Of a DNA stretch of 64,000 nucleotides, positions 33,966 to 44,491 are shown one piece after another (positions within the stretch are counted from its first letter, which is position 1; the number at the start of each line of letters is the position of its first letter). Made by a program: the position numbers and the translations under genes. Under the pieces are notes generated by a model. It saw only the letters and a program-made list of their open reading frames with translations. It searched no databases and was not told the DNA's origin. Source of the stretch: Candidatus Krumholzibacteriota bacterium (GTDB taxonomy: Bacteria > Krumholzibacteriota > Krumholzibacteriia > JAJRXK01); NCBI GenBank assembly GCA_963764625.1, contig CAVXTH010000008.1, positions 152,584 to 216,583 on the forward strand. The letters run 5' to 3'.

Positions 33966-34943
33966 TCAGTGGCCGTAGCGCGCCTTCCACGCTCCCCATC
34001 CCATCGACGCGGTCGGGACGGGACAGCGGTACTCCAAAGTACCCGGACTACACTCCACCGCGATGGGGTGGTTCTGGCTATCGCGAAAGACCAAGGAGAC
34101 ACAACCCAGGGGGCTGATCCCCTGGAGAACTCCTTCGAAGACCAGGTGCAGGATGGTTCCCGGGCCATCGATGGCGCAGCCCAGATTGGCCACATCGACA
34201 GCCACCGTTGATTCTCCGGGACCGGGATTGAGCCAGTTGAAATAGTAAGGACATGCGGCGCCACTCACTAAAGAGCCAGCGCTGACCGAGATGGGGTGAA
34301 CCACTGTCTCGTCGAAGGACAACTCCAGGGAGAAGCCGTGCACGTCGAGGGTTCCCTCGTCGATGTCGACGTCGACCGCGAGCGTCTCTCCGCACCCGAA
34401 GCTACCGTCGTTTGGCACGAAGCTCAGCATTCCCGGCCGGGGACAGCGATACTCCACCTCCGAGTTCACCGACAAAGAGGAGATGACCTGATTGTTGCTG
34501 TCGCGCAGTTCCGCCGAGTTCATCTGGAGAGGACTCAGTCCGTTGGCGACACCCGCGAATTGGATCTTCAACAGCTCGCCGCTTCCGCTGATCGAACAGC
34601 CGAGCATTCCCAAGTCGATCGCGAGGTGATTCTCTCCGGGGTAGGGGTTCAACCACTGCAGGAAGGATCCGCAGGCGGCGGCATTCACCAGATCTCCGGC
34701 CAGCACGGCCAGAGGAGAGATGACCGCGGGGTCGAATCCCAGATCGAGGGTCATGCCGCGTAGATCAGTGACCGCGCCGATATCGAGGGAGACCTCCAGG
34801 ATCTCCTCGCAGAAGAAACGATCGACCGCTGGATGCGGGCCGAGAGGAACCTGCGCGACGGCGGGCAGGCTGTTCAACACGAACCAGGTGGCCAAAATGA
34901 AAGCGATGAACCGGCTGGTGCCGAGAATCGCGTTGTGTCGCAT
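33966..34943 (-). CDS. Secreted protein with two tandem cohesin-like domains and C-terminal WG-x-x-K motif
   Basis: Signal peptide; duplicated module (L.FD..V..P..V.AG.L...C...WLNP.PGE...GC.I.G.G....L.F.GV..G.SPL...RDS.N); ends CPVPTASMGWGAWKARYGH*. Confidence 0.72.
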   Translation of the reverse strand: MRHNAILGTSRFIAFILATWFVLNSLPAVAQVPLGPHPAVDRFFCEEILEVSLDIGAVTDLRGMTLDLGFDPAVISPLAVLAGDLVNAAACGSFLQWLNPYPGENHLAIDLGMLGCSISGSGELLKIQFAGVANGLSPLQMNSAELRDSNNQVISSLSVNSEVEYRCPRPGMLSFVPNDGSFGCGETLAVDVDIDEGTLDVHGFSLELSFDETVVHPISVSAGSLVSGAACPYYFNWLNPGPGESTVAVDVANLGCAIDGPGTILHLVFEGVLQGISPLGCVSLVFRDSQNHPIAVECSPGTLEYRCPVPTASMGWGAWKARYGH

Positions 34944-35004
34944 ACCGAGACTCCTCGAGGGGTCGGGGGAATCCGCGCATGGCGGGTCCCCCCTGTGAGC
35001 AGAC

Positions 35005-38000
35005 TTACTTCAGAGAGAGTGATTCGTTGACTGGTCGAGACGTCCGGAGCGACCAATCGTACGAGATAGGTTCCCGAGCTCACGGACTTGCCGTGGTCGT
35101 CTTTCCCTGTCCACTGAATCTCGTGCGGACCGACGCTCATGTCCTCGCTCGCGAGCGTGGCCACACTGCGTCCGCCGATCGAGTAGATCCGCAGGACCAC
35201 GTGGCCGGCCTTGGCCAGAGTGAAGCTCAGCGTGGTCTTGGGGTTGAACGGATTCGGGTAGTTCGCGTGCAGCACGGTGCGGCTCGGGTAGAGCCGTGTT
35301 CGCCGTGCCGCTGACGAGCGTCCCGTTGATGGACTGTTCCTGGTTATGAGCGTCGCGGGCGACGATCTCTCCCGGTGCAATCCCCGTCTCACCCTTTGCG
35401 ATGCGCTGGAAATCGATGACCGCCAAAAGGTCATCACCCGAGATGCCCGCGCCCTTGCCGAAGACGGCCGCATCGACCTCTCCCGGCTTGGCGGAAAGCA
35501 CCATCGCGGTGCGGCCCTGCTTGCCCATCAACGAACCTTCGTGCATCGCCACCGGCTTCAGCACGCTCTTGTTCCACTGGAGTGGAACGTGGACGCCTTG
35601 CAGGGTTCCGTCTCCGGCCATGTGGATCTCCACCGAGACCCCGTCTTGGCCGAAGGGAACGGTCTTCAGAGTGATCTCGTTGAGAGCGGCCGGTTTCGGC
35701 GCCGGCGTGCCCTTGCTCACCTGGCCGTAATTGATGGCGAACATCATCAGATCTTCGAACTGGATCTCGTTATCGGTGGTGGGAAGAGCATCGACGCTGT
35801 AGTCGGTGGTCGGTCCCACGTCGAGGAAGTTTTGATAGGAAGTATTCCCGTCGCTGGTGCCGTAAGCGTCGCCCAGCGCGGAAATGTCGAGAGTTGCGAC
35901 CGCGTTGTCTCCGGCTCCCAGGGTGATCCCATCCGTGACGTCACCCAGGTGATAGTTGAGGGTTCCGTCGGTCTGGTTGGAAACCGGACTCACGTTACAG
36001 CCGTCGTCGACGAAGGCCACGTAGTACCAGAAGTCCCGCGTGGTGGGCTCGTCGTCGTAACTGGTGGCGGTGGCGGGCAAAGTCGCCGCAATGCCCCAAC
36101 CGTCGCCTGCGGCGGCTGTCGGATCGGCCGGGGTGCTGGGAACGGCGCCGCTGAGGTCATCGTACTCCGGATAGTCGCCGAAGCCCTTGCGGTACAGCGT
36201 GATGGTCGCTGCGTCCGGATCGGTGGGACCGGTCCAGGCGAGGTGGATCTTCGTGGTGCCGTTGGTGCCGTTGCTGGTCTTCACCTGCGAAGCGCTCAGG
36301 CCGGTGACCGCGTCGGGCGCGGTGGCGTCGATGCCGATCGTCGCGGCGCCGGCGGAGCCAGCCGGGACGGGAGCGTTGGCACAGTCACGTACGAGGACAC
36401 TCAGAATGGTGATGGTTCCCGTACCGCTTCCAGCTCCCAGGGTGGAGGCCACGTCGACCGTAAACGCCGTGCCCTCGAGGGTGGAGCCGCAGGCGGAGCC
36501 CAGGATCGAGCGGTCGACGGTATACGTGCCATCCGTGTTGTGAAGGACGAAGTCCTGTACGTCACCACTGCTGAAGCCGTCCACCCAGCTTCCCGCTCCG
36601 TAGCTGGGAACGATTTCACTGCCGCAGAGCGTTAGCTCCGAACTGAGCTCGAAGGTGATGCTGAAGCCGCGGATGGGAGTGGTGTCACTGCGATGGAGGA
36701 CCACCGGTACGGTGAGACAGGGGTCACACGGGGTGACCTCCACTCCGGCGGGAGGCTCGATCGCGAAGGTATTCGGATAGACGCTGCAGCTGGGGGTGCC
36801 GGTGATGTCGCCGTCGAGCCACGGCCAGTAGGTGACGTCGCCCTCGACCGCGTCGCCGGTTCCCGTGTTCAGGGGAGAAGTGGCGGCGGGTCCGCTCACG
36901 TCGCCCCACCAGTTGCAACTTCCGTCGACGGTGAGGTAGCTCACGTTGCTATAGAGTCCGTAGGTGTTGCCGGAGAAGCTGTTGTCGTTGACCGCGACGC
37001 TCGTGAAGACGCCGGTGTCGCAGCTGCTCTGACACGCAAAGACTCCCACCCCGGCTTCGAAGCCGGTGACCGTGTTGTTAGTCACCACGAGGTTGAGGTC
37101 GTCAGGTCCATAGCCAGCGTCCGCCTCGATTCCGGTGGTTGCGGTGTTGTCCATCCCGCTGAAGGCCACCGTGTTGCCATCGATGATGACACCGAGGGTC
37201 GCCATCTTGGCGGAACCGGAACTCTTTGCCGAAAGAACTCCGGGCACGTCGAAGGGACTCGCCACTGCCTTGGGAGGATCGGTGGCGATGACTCCGTAGG
37301 CAGAAATTCCGATCTTTTCGATCGTCATGTCGTTGCCACTGAAGGTGCCCTGACCATCGATGTTGTAGATCCCGACGTGGGTCCCGTCGATCACGTTGTT
37401 CGTCACGTCGGCCTGGCAGAACCAATCGAGGATCGAGGTGGCGACGTACTTGGTCGGGTTGTTGGTGTTGTCGTAGGCGATCGAGTGAACGGTGTTGTAG
37501 TTCACGGCGCCGGTGATCGCGTCACCGTAGACCTGGATCCCATTCTGGGCTGGATCGCTGTTGTCGTAGGTCAAGCCGGTGGCGCCGGTGACCGTGTTGC
37601 CCGAGATGTCCACCGTGACAGGCGTTGCGCCCGTTTCGTTCACGGTGATCCCGTTCTTCTGGAAGCCATACACGTCGCAGCCTTGCACGTCGATGCTACG
37701 TGCCACCGCGTCATCGTTGTACAGATAGAACGCGTTGCCGTGCTGGCTTCCATCCAGAGGATTGTTGCGTACGTCCTTGATCTCGCAGTCGTAGACCCCG
37801 CCTCCGGCCTCACGATACGCGATGCCCATGAACCGGGCATTTGTATTGCCGCGGCCCAGGCCGTCGATCGTCAGATCGTGAATCGCCACGTTGTCGGCGT
37901 CGTGGACGTAGACGATGGGGCGGTTGTCGCCGGAGGTGGTGAAGTAGAGTGGCAAGGTGGTGGGCGACTGGATGACGGTCGTTCCCATCCCCGCGCCGAG

Positions 38001-38907
38001 CAGACTGAGGTCCTTGGCGATCTCCACTTGCTCCTCATAGGTTCCGGCGGCCACGTGCACCGTGCTGCCGCTCACCCAGGTGACGCCGTCTTGAACCTTG
38101 TCGAAGGCGTTGTGACCCATGAACAAGCCCGACGCCACTTCCGTTCCCACGCCGGCACCCGCATAGTCATCGTCCACCCAGACTTCATTCACCGCATCCT
38201 CGAGATCAATCTGGTAGACCTCTCCCGAAGTGAGCTCGATTTCGATGGCGTCGAGATAGCCAGTAAACGAAGACCAGCCGCTCCCAGTCCCAAAAACCAG
38301 ATAGAGCACGGGCTGGCTCGCATAATCGATGGGGGTGGCGTCGCCGGAGGGAGTCCAGCTCTGCCAGGTGATCGGCCCCGCGTTGAGGTCGGCGAGGGTC
38401 GGAGCACCGTAGAAACCTAAGGGACCGTGATTGGAGTCGAAAAAGGTGAGCTGGTTCGTCCCGGAGTCGGTCGTCCACTCCACCCAGGAATTCGCAGCTG
38501 GCAGTATAGCTGTTCGAGTAAAGCGGCTCGGCGTTGAGACGGTTACCGTACCAGGTCGCGTCGCCCCCGCTGTAGGGTTGGGTGTAGATCTTCAAGAAGA
38601 AGTCGACGCCGCTAGGGTTGGTTCCGTCGTTGAGGGTGTGATAGCGAATGGCGGCGATGTCACTGACGTTGAAGGTTCCGCCGAGTTGCGTGATGGGATC
38701 GATGTACATTTCCACTACAGGGGAGATGGGCACGTCTTTGAAGTAGGAACCTGTCCCGGTGTAGGCCTGTGTGGTGGTAGTTGTAACGGAGGATCCGGCG
38801 GCGTATGCAGCACCGAACACCAGAGGATGGGTTGCCGCCCGAGCCGTCGACGCGAAGGCGGTCAACGCCAAGATCGCGACACCGAGCGCAAATTGCATTC
38901 GTTTCAT
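35005..38907 (-). CDS. Large secreted protein: right-handed beta-helix, cohesin-like, FN3-like, dockerin-like and FlgD-Ig/T9SS domains; frameshifts near 38490, 35285 and 35015
   Basis: Signal peptide at 38907; VWVDDDY...IQ-like/VAAGTYEEQV pectin-lyase-fold start; NWWG; C-terminal NYPNPFNPKT...WTGKDDHG...SSGTYLVRL in another frame. Confidence 0.75.
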
Positions 38908-39000
38908 CTCGTTCTTCCTTCCGGATAGACCCCATTTCAGGGGGACGTGACTACAGTGGGAGCCGGATGGATGCGAGAAGTTTCGTCATGCCTCCTTTCG

Positions 39001-39835
39001 TCATTTCAGCAGGATGAGGCCGGTAGAAACCGATCCCGCTGCGTGGGTCAAGAGGGCCGTATAGGCGCCCGAGGCCACACTGCGACCGTGGCCATCCTTG
39101 CCATCCCACTCGACGCTCTGCTTCCCGCCCGGCCAGGTGCCCTGGGCGAGGGTTCGCAGGAGCCGGCCGTTCGGGCCATAGATCCGCAGGCAGGTCTGCC
39201 CAGGACTTGGAAGGGTGAACGAGAGAGTGGTTTGGGGATTGAAGGGATTGGGGGCGGCCTGCAAGCGCAGCCGCGGCCGCAGCGAAGGCAGCGATCCGGT
39301 CATCGAACCGATGCGGTACTGCGCGTCGTGCGTGACGAGAGGATTGACGTATAGCCCCCCGTCGTAGAAATGGGTGCCCTGAAGGGCCCGGATCCAACCA
39401 GAGCTGAGCGTACTCTTTGCTTTGAAGCGTAGGCGGTAGATAACCCCGGGGCCCGCGACCTTCGTCGCGGCGCAGAGAAGCACGTGGTTGATGGTGAGGT
39501 AGGTGGAGTCGGGCGCGACGGTGAAGCGATGGAAGCGGATCGTGGGACACGCGTCCACCATCAGCGGCCCCTCTTGTTGCGCCACGTTGGCTTCTTGCAA
39601 AAAGGTCACCAGAGCTGGGGTCGTATCCGATGACCGCGTCGTAGCCGTTGAAGGAATCCGCGGCGGCGGGAATGGTGAGTTCGATCAGAAAGGAGTCGCC
39701 GGGTTCCACCGTGAAATCGGTGGGAAGCAGAGACAGTTCGACCCCGTCCGAACAGACGCCCGCACGCGGGAGTAAGGTCGAGGCGAGAATGGCGATCAGC
39801 GCGCCGAGAAGGCGAGCGCGATTCCTGAGGGGCAA
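39001..39835 (-). CDS. Secreted cohesin-like plus FlgD-Ig/T9SS-domain protein, frameshift near 39612
   Basis: Hydrophobic N-terminus; VEPGDSF.IEL...FNGYDAVIGYDP; C-terminal APNPFNPQT...WDGKDGHG.SVASGAY; start uncertain (TTG 39835). Confidence 0.7.
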
Positions 39836-40030
39836 GACCCTAACTCCCAGCCAGCAAAGCGTGCGGCGCGGCCGTGCGCGCTTCTTGGATGTTCGGCCCA
39901 GATGTCTCTGGAAGTTCTCGTACCTGGGCATCGGGCGAGAACTCTTTGGGAGCCAAGCTGCAACCCGACACCGGCCTGTGTGGGAGCCTTCGCCTTCGGC
40001 GAGGAGGCCAGTGGGAGTTGCGAGGAAAGG

Positions 40031-40060
40031 AGTCTACGCCCACCGATCGCGGAGTGTCAA
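40031..40060 (-). promoter_or_regulatory. Sigma70 promoter of the cohesin-like cluster
   Basis: Minus strand TTGACA-18 bp-TAGACT. Confidence 0.6.
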
Positions 40061-40081
40061 GATCCTGCGCTGGAGCAGAGC

Positions 40082-40510
40082 TCAGAGCTTACGGACCATC
40101 CAGAGGATAACCAGGACGGCCACCGCCAGAACCGCGATCGCGGTGACCACCGTCTTGGCGCTCGGACCCGAGCGCACGTTCTTCGCGCCCGGTCGGCCGC
40201 GTTCCCAGTCTTCGGGGTGATGACCGTATTCGTCGATGATGGTGTCGACGAGCCCCTTCCGCGGGCGCAGGAGATGGACCGCGCGCTTGCCCGGTCGCTT
40301 GCCGTGCCAGGCGGTGATCTCTTCTCCGACGCTATCGGCGCTCGCGCGCGCGTAGGCGGCGACCATCCGCCGCTGCTGGCGGTCGGCGAGAAGCGTCTCG
40401 TCGACTTCCTTCGCCACTTGCGCCGTGAGATCGCCGTCAGCCCAACTCACCAGGATTTCGTCGGGGATGCTTTTGCCGCGGCTGTAGCCCCATTGCTTCG
40501 GTGCTGCCAT
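40082..40510 (-). CDS. Anti-sigma-like protein with C-terminal TM helix
   Basis: IPDEILVSWADGDLT resembles the anti-sigma N-terminus; terminal TM; GAGGAGG RBS. Confidence 0.5.
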   Translation of the reverse strand: MAAPKQWGYSRGKSIPDEILVSWADGDLTAQVAKEVDETLLADRQQRRMVAAYARASADSVGEEITAWHGKRPGKRAVHLLRPRKGLVDTIIDEYGHHPEDWERGRPGAKNVRSGPSAKTVVTAIAVLAVAVLVILWMVRKL

Positions 40511-40522
40511 CGTGCTTCCTCC

Positions 40523-41293
40523 TCAGTGGCTCGGCACGGCAGGTGCCGGAGAGGCGTGCTCGTGAGTGGCGAGGGAATGAGCGCGGAAGATCTGACCCAG
40601 GACGTGGCGCAACAGGGCTTCCTCTTGTTCGGCGGGGAGGTTCCACGCCTCGCGCACCGCCACGAAGGGCTGGAGAGAGTTGCGGGTGCGCGCGAGCAGC
40701 GAGGCCACCCGTTCCGGAGTTCCTAAGCGGAAGATCAGGTCGAGTTCGGCCAAGCCGAGGCCTTGCTCGTAGCGCATGGCCAGAAGCAAGCGGTCGCGAC
40801 GGTGGAGAGTGCGCAGGGCCTTCCACATCGCATCGAGAAAGCGCTCGTTCTCCTTTTCACAGAGATCTTGGATGCGGGGCTCCAGTGCGGGAATGCTTCC
40901 GTCGCGATCGCTGAGCTCGATTTCGACCGGATCTTCCTCGGCGAGAGCGGGCCACTCCCGCTCCCGTCGTCTTTGGGACAAAAGAGGAGTTTGTTCGGTC
41001 AAGCGGAGGAGCAGGCTGGTCCACTTGCCGAATCCGACATGACCGCGCACGATCGCGAAATCATCGTCGGCGATGCGCTCGAAGACCTGGCGCGTCACTT
41101 CCTCCGCCACCGACCCTCCCTCGGGAAGATGCGCGCTGAGTCGCTCGGCCATGGTGAAGACGATGGGAGCGCTGGCCCGTACCAATTCGTCCCAATGAGC
41201 GCGAGGGTCTTCCTTGGCTCTCTGCACGACACGCTCGAAATCGGTGGAGCGAAGAGCGGGATCCTCCTGGATCAATCGTACGATGTGTCTCAT
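40523..41293 (-). CDS. Divergent ECF-type sigma factor-like protein
   Basis: AEEVTRQVFERI (region 2-like) and LHRRDRLLLAMRYEQGLGLAEL (region 4-like); start uncertain. Confidence 0.55.
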   Translation of the reverse strand: MRHIVRLIQEDPALRSTDFERVVQRAKEDPRAHWDELVRASAPIVFTMAERLSAHLPEGGSVAEEVTRQVFERIADDDFAIVRGHVGFGKWTSLLLRLTEQTPLLSQRRREREWPALAEEDPVEIELSDRDGSIPALEPRIQDLCEKENERFLDAMWKALRTLHRRDRLLLAMRYEQGLGLAELDLIFRLGTPERVASLLARTRNSLQPFVAVREAWNLPAEQEEALLRHVLGQIFRAHSLATHEHASPAPAVPSH

Positions 41294-41439
41294 CTTGAAT
41301 CCGGGCTGAAGACAATGTGACAATCCCCGCCAGGAGATCGCCACATCCCGCGCAGTTCGCGGGAGATTAGGCCAGGGCGCGCGATGCCCTGGGTTGTTCG
41401 ACTGTGCCTCCATATTGGTCTACGGAGACGGGAAGCGCC

Positions 41440-41613
41440 ATGCCGAAGAAGGAACGGGAAGAAACCGAGCATCGCTACCGTTTCGCGCGCCGCTGGGAGC
41501 AAAAGCGCCGTCAGCACAGCCCCAAGGCCATGTGGGCGACCCTCTTCTTCGATGCCATCCTTATCGCGCTCATCATTGCTATGGTATATATAGGTTTCCG
41601 AGTTTGGCACTGA
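41440..41613 (+). CDS. Small single-TM hypothetical protein
   Basis: GGAG RBS; charged N-terminus plus C-terminal hydrophobic helix. Confidence 0.5.
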   Translation: MPKKEREETEHRYRFARRWEQKRRQHSPKAMWATLFFDAILIALIIAMVYIGFRVWH

Positions 41614-41621
41614 ACTCTGGG

Positions 41622-41695
41622 TGCCCGGTCGTCCAATGGCAGGACTCTGGACTTTGAATCCAGCTACGGAGGTTCGAATCCTCCCCGGGCAACCA
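41622..41695 (+). tRNA. tRNA-Gln(UUG)
   Basis: Acceptor stem TGCCCGG/CCGGGCA, anticodon arm CTGGA-CTTTGAA-TCCAG, T-loop GTTCGAATC, encoded CCA. Confidence 0.96.
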
Positions 41696-41721
41696 CTCTC
41701 TTCCTCGTTGAGGCCGTGCCC

Positions 41722-41979
41722 ATGAATCTGCGCCGCCGCATCACCTCGGCCAAGGTCACTCCCGATTCCATGCGGAAACTGGGCCTCTACACCACGATTC
41801 CCACCATGATGGTGGTGGGCCCGATCCTGGGCTGGCTGGTGGGATCCTGGCTGGAGGGGAAATGGGGTCACGAGCCCTGGATCTCGACTGGCGGGGTGAT
41901 TCTGGGCACCGTCGCCGGCTTTCGGCAAGTGATCGTGGTCTTGAAACGGGCCGAGGAGCCGCCGGAAGACGAGGATTAG
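41722..41979 (+). CDS. atpZ: AtpZ/AtpI family protein
   Basis: G.WLEGKWG.EPW two-TM pattern at the head of the atp cluster. Confidence 0.8.
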   Translation: MNLRRRITSAKVTPDSMRKLGLYTTIPTMMVVGPILGWLVGSWLEGKWGHEPWISTGGVILGTVAGFRQVIVVLKRAEEPPEDED

Positions 41980-42009
41980 CACAGCTGCGCGGAGGCTCCG
42001 CCGCCCACC

Positions 42010-42037
42010 TTGACGATCCGTTCTGAGAGCTTATACT
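42010..42037 (+). promoter_or_regulatory. Sigma70 promoter of the atp operon
   Basis: TTGACG-16 bp-TATACT. Confidence 0.6.
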
Positions 42038-42166
42038 TGGTGCCCGTTCTAGACGGCGGGCGAGGTCAGGCGACCCTTTCGGGCCGCTTGCTTTCTGTCC
42101 AGGAACGATCGGGGCGAAAAGCGCCCCAGAGACACTCTCGGGTTCCCCGGCGGGCGCGGCGTTCCC

Positions 42167-42634
42167 ATGACGGCAAGCACGAATCCAGGGCTGGATGAGG
42201 GTTTTCTCAGAAGAGTTGGGGTAGCGAGTCTGCTCCTTTGCGGTCTCGGGGGGCTCTTCGGAGCCTATGCCCTGGGCTGGCGCTGGGGAGTTGGCTTCGC
42301 GGTGGCGGGTGTCTGGAGCGTGCTGAATCTGAAGGCGCTCGAGCACCTGATTGGCCTCTCGCTACGGCCCGCGGGCCGGCAGCCCGGGCTGATCGTCGGG
42401 GCGATTCTGATCAAGCTACCGGTCCTGTACGGCATCGGCGGCTTGATCGTGGTCAAGGGAGGGCTGCCGTTCGGCTCGCTCTTGCTCGGCTTGGCGGTGC
42501 CAACCTTGGTGATGGTACTCAAAGCGGGTGGTCGAGTTCTCGCTCCGCGCGTAGCCCTGCGCCACGCGGCCGGAACTCCCGCTTCAGGCGAAAACTCAGA
42601 GAGCCGCACAGACGGCCGGGATAGCACGCAGTGA
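42167..42634 (+). CDS. atpI: ATP synthase subunit I
   Basis: Four TM helices; overlaps the atpB start. Confidence 0.75.
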   Translation: MTASTNPGLDEGFLRRVGVASLLLCGLGGLFGAYALGWRWGVGFAVAGVWSVLNLKALEHLIGLSLRPAGRQPGLIVGAILIKLPVLYGIGGLIVVKGGLPFGSLLLGLAVPTLVMVLKAGGRVLAPRVALRHAAGTPASGENSESRTDGRDSTQ

Positions 42635-43596
42635 CTCGCAGAACGCCCCTTCAGCAGAGCCCATACGCGGTCCTGAGTCTCCTCTTGGCCGTCGCCCTGC
42701 TCGCCATGCTCTACACCCGGGTCGTGGCGGCGAGCGAACCCGACGCACACGAACAGGTCTCCACGGAACAAAGCGCGATGGAGCCAGACACCGTGGAACA
42801 CGGCGGCGAAGTGCGCCACGGCGAACCTCTGGAACTTCCCAACCTCGCGATGATGCTCAGGGCGTTCGTTTTTAAGCCGGAATCCGTGGCCTACCGCTAC
42901 TCCGAAATCTTCGAGAACGCCTTCTTCGCCATCCTGGCCGGGCTCTTTCTCTGCCTGGTGGCGCTGCGGATCTACAAGAAGCGGGAGATTCTACCGGGGC
43001 GCCTGCAAGTGTTCGCGGAGATGATCGTAGAGTGGCTGGAGGGCTTGGCCTGTACCATGATGGGACCCAAGTACGGACGGCACTTTACTCCCTTCATCGC
43101 CACCATCTTCGTCTACATCGCGGCGATGAACTACTTCGTGCTCATTCCCCTGGGAAAGTCGCCGACCTCGACCTTCCTCAACAACATCAGCATTGCGCTG
43201 GTGGTGTTCGTGTACGTGCAGTACACGGGCATCAAACGTCAAGGCATCCTGGGGTACCTCCACCATCTGGCGGGATCGCCCAAGGACGCGGTGGGCTGGT
43301 GCCTTTCGCCGCTTCTGTTTGCCATGGAATTCTTCGGAGAGTTCGTCAAGCCGGTGAGCCTGAGCTTGCGTCTCTTCGGGAATATTTTCGGCGAGGACAT
43401 GTTGCTCGCCGTCTTCGCACTCTTGGGCGTGGTGGCGCTGTCCGCGTTCCACTCGCCAATCGGAATACCTTTGAACGCTCCCTTCTATTTCTTGGCGATG
43501 CTGCTCGGGCTCATTCAGGCCCTGGTGTTTTCGCTTTTGTCCACGGTGTACATTGCGTTGATGCTTCCCCATGGTGAGCACGCGCAAGCTCACTAG
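42631..43596 (+). CDS. atpB: F0F1 ATP synthase subunit a
   Basis: PGRLQ..AE, KPVSLSLRLFGNI, IQALVFSLL; extended N-terminus. Confidence 0.95.
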   Translation: MTRRTPLQQSPYAVLSLLLAVALLAMLYTRVVAASEPDAHEQVSTEQSAMEPDTVEHGGEVRHGEPLELPNLAMMLRAFVFKPESVAYRYSEIFENAFFAILAGLFLCLVALRIYKKREILPGRLQVFAEMIVEWLEGLACTMMGPKYGRHFTPFIATIFVYIAAMNYFVLIPLGKSPTSTFLNNISIALVVFVYVQYTGIKRQGILGYLHHLAGSPKDAVGWCLSPLLFAMEFFGEFVKPVSLSLRLFGNIFGEDMLLAVFALLGVVALSAFHSPIGIPLNAPFYFLAMLLGLIQALVFSLLSTVYIALMLPHGEHAQAH

Positions 43597-43735
43597 ATGA
43601 GACAGGGGAAGCGATCGATTTCGACACGGCGCTAGCGCGCCGCGAAAGACGAAAGCCACGAGGGCTTTCAAAGTGGGGGGCGTGAGTCTCCCGCGGGGTT
43701 CGCCCCGTTCACGATTGAATCAAGGAGAATGACAA

Positions 43736-43960
43736 ATGGACCTGCTCGGACTTGGAATTCCTCTGGGCTTGGGAATTGCCGCTCTCGGGAGTGGAATCGG
43801 TTTGGGGAAAGCCGTGGGTGGCGCCATGGAAGCCATGGGTAGGCAACCGGAAGCCATCGGTCAGATTCAAACCGCGATGATCATCGGTGCCGCGTTCATC
43901 GAAGCGCTCACCATTTACGCGCTGATTTCCGTCTTTGTGCTTCAGGGCAAGCTCGGATAG
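43736..43960 (+). CDS. atpE: F0F1 ATP synthase subunit c (H+-type)
   Basis: GRQPE loop and FIEALT; lacks the Q...ES/ET Na+ signature. Confidence 0.96.
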   Translation: MDLLGLGIPLGLGIAALGSGIGLGKAVGGAMEAMGRQPEAIGQIQTAMIIGAAFIEALTIYALISVFVLQGKLG

Positions 43961-43975
43961 GGCTGGTAGGATTCG

Positions 43976-44491
43976 ATGGAAGTACTCACTCAGGGTCTAC
44001 AGCGCGGGGACATCATCGCGCTTCTGCTGACGAACATCGTCGCCTTTCTGATCTTCTTCTGGGTGCTGAGAAAGTACGCCTGGGGTCCTCTGCTCGCGAT
44101 GCTCGACGCGCGTCGGGAGAAGATCCGGTCGGATTTCAATGCCGCGGAGAAGGAACTGAAAGATGCCGAGGCTCTGCGTGCATCGTTTGACGCCAAGATC
44201 GCCGAGATCAAGAGCATGGAACGGGAGAAGATGCAGGAAGCTGTGAAGCGGGGGGAGTTGATCGCCGGCGAGTTGGAAGAGAGCGCGCGCGACAAGGCCG
44301 GGCAATTTCTGGAGAGGGCCGAAGGCGAGCTGGAGCGCGAAGTGCGCACGGCGCGGCTTCAGCTGCGCGAGAAGACGGTCGACATGGCGATCGCAGCGGC
44401 CGAGAAGATCATCCAGGAAGAACTCGACGACCAAAAGCACCGGAAGTTGGTCGAGGATTTCATCACCCGCCTGGGAGAAAGCCGTGCGTAG
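43976..44491 (+). CDS. atpF: F0F1 ATP synthase subunit b
   Basis: TM then KYAWGPL..LDARREKI coiled coil. Confidence 0.94.
   Translation: MEVLTQGLQRGDIIALLLTNIVAFLIFFWVLRKYAWGPLLAMLDARREKIRSDFNAAEKELKDAEALRASFDAKIAEIKSMEREKMQEAVKRGELIAGELEESARDKAGQFLERAEGELEREVRTARLQLREKTVDMAIAAAEKIIQEELDDQKHRKLVEDFITRLGESRA

Noticed and set aside
41622-41695. tRNA as the attachment site of an island covering 22-41 kb
   Set aside because: No integrase, and no duplicated tRNA 3' end was seen
43736-43960. Na+-coupled ATP synthase
   Set aside because: The c subunit lacks the Gln and the Ser/Thr after the conserved Glu
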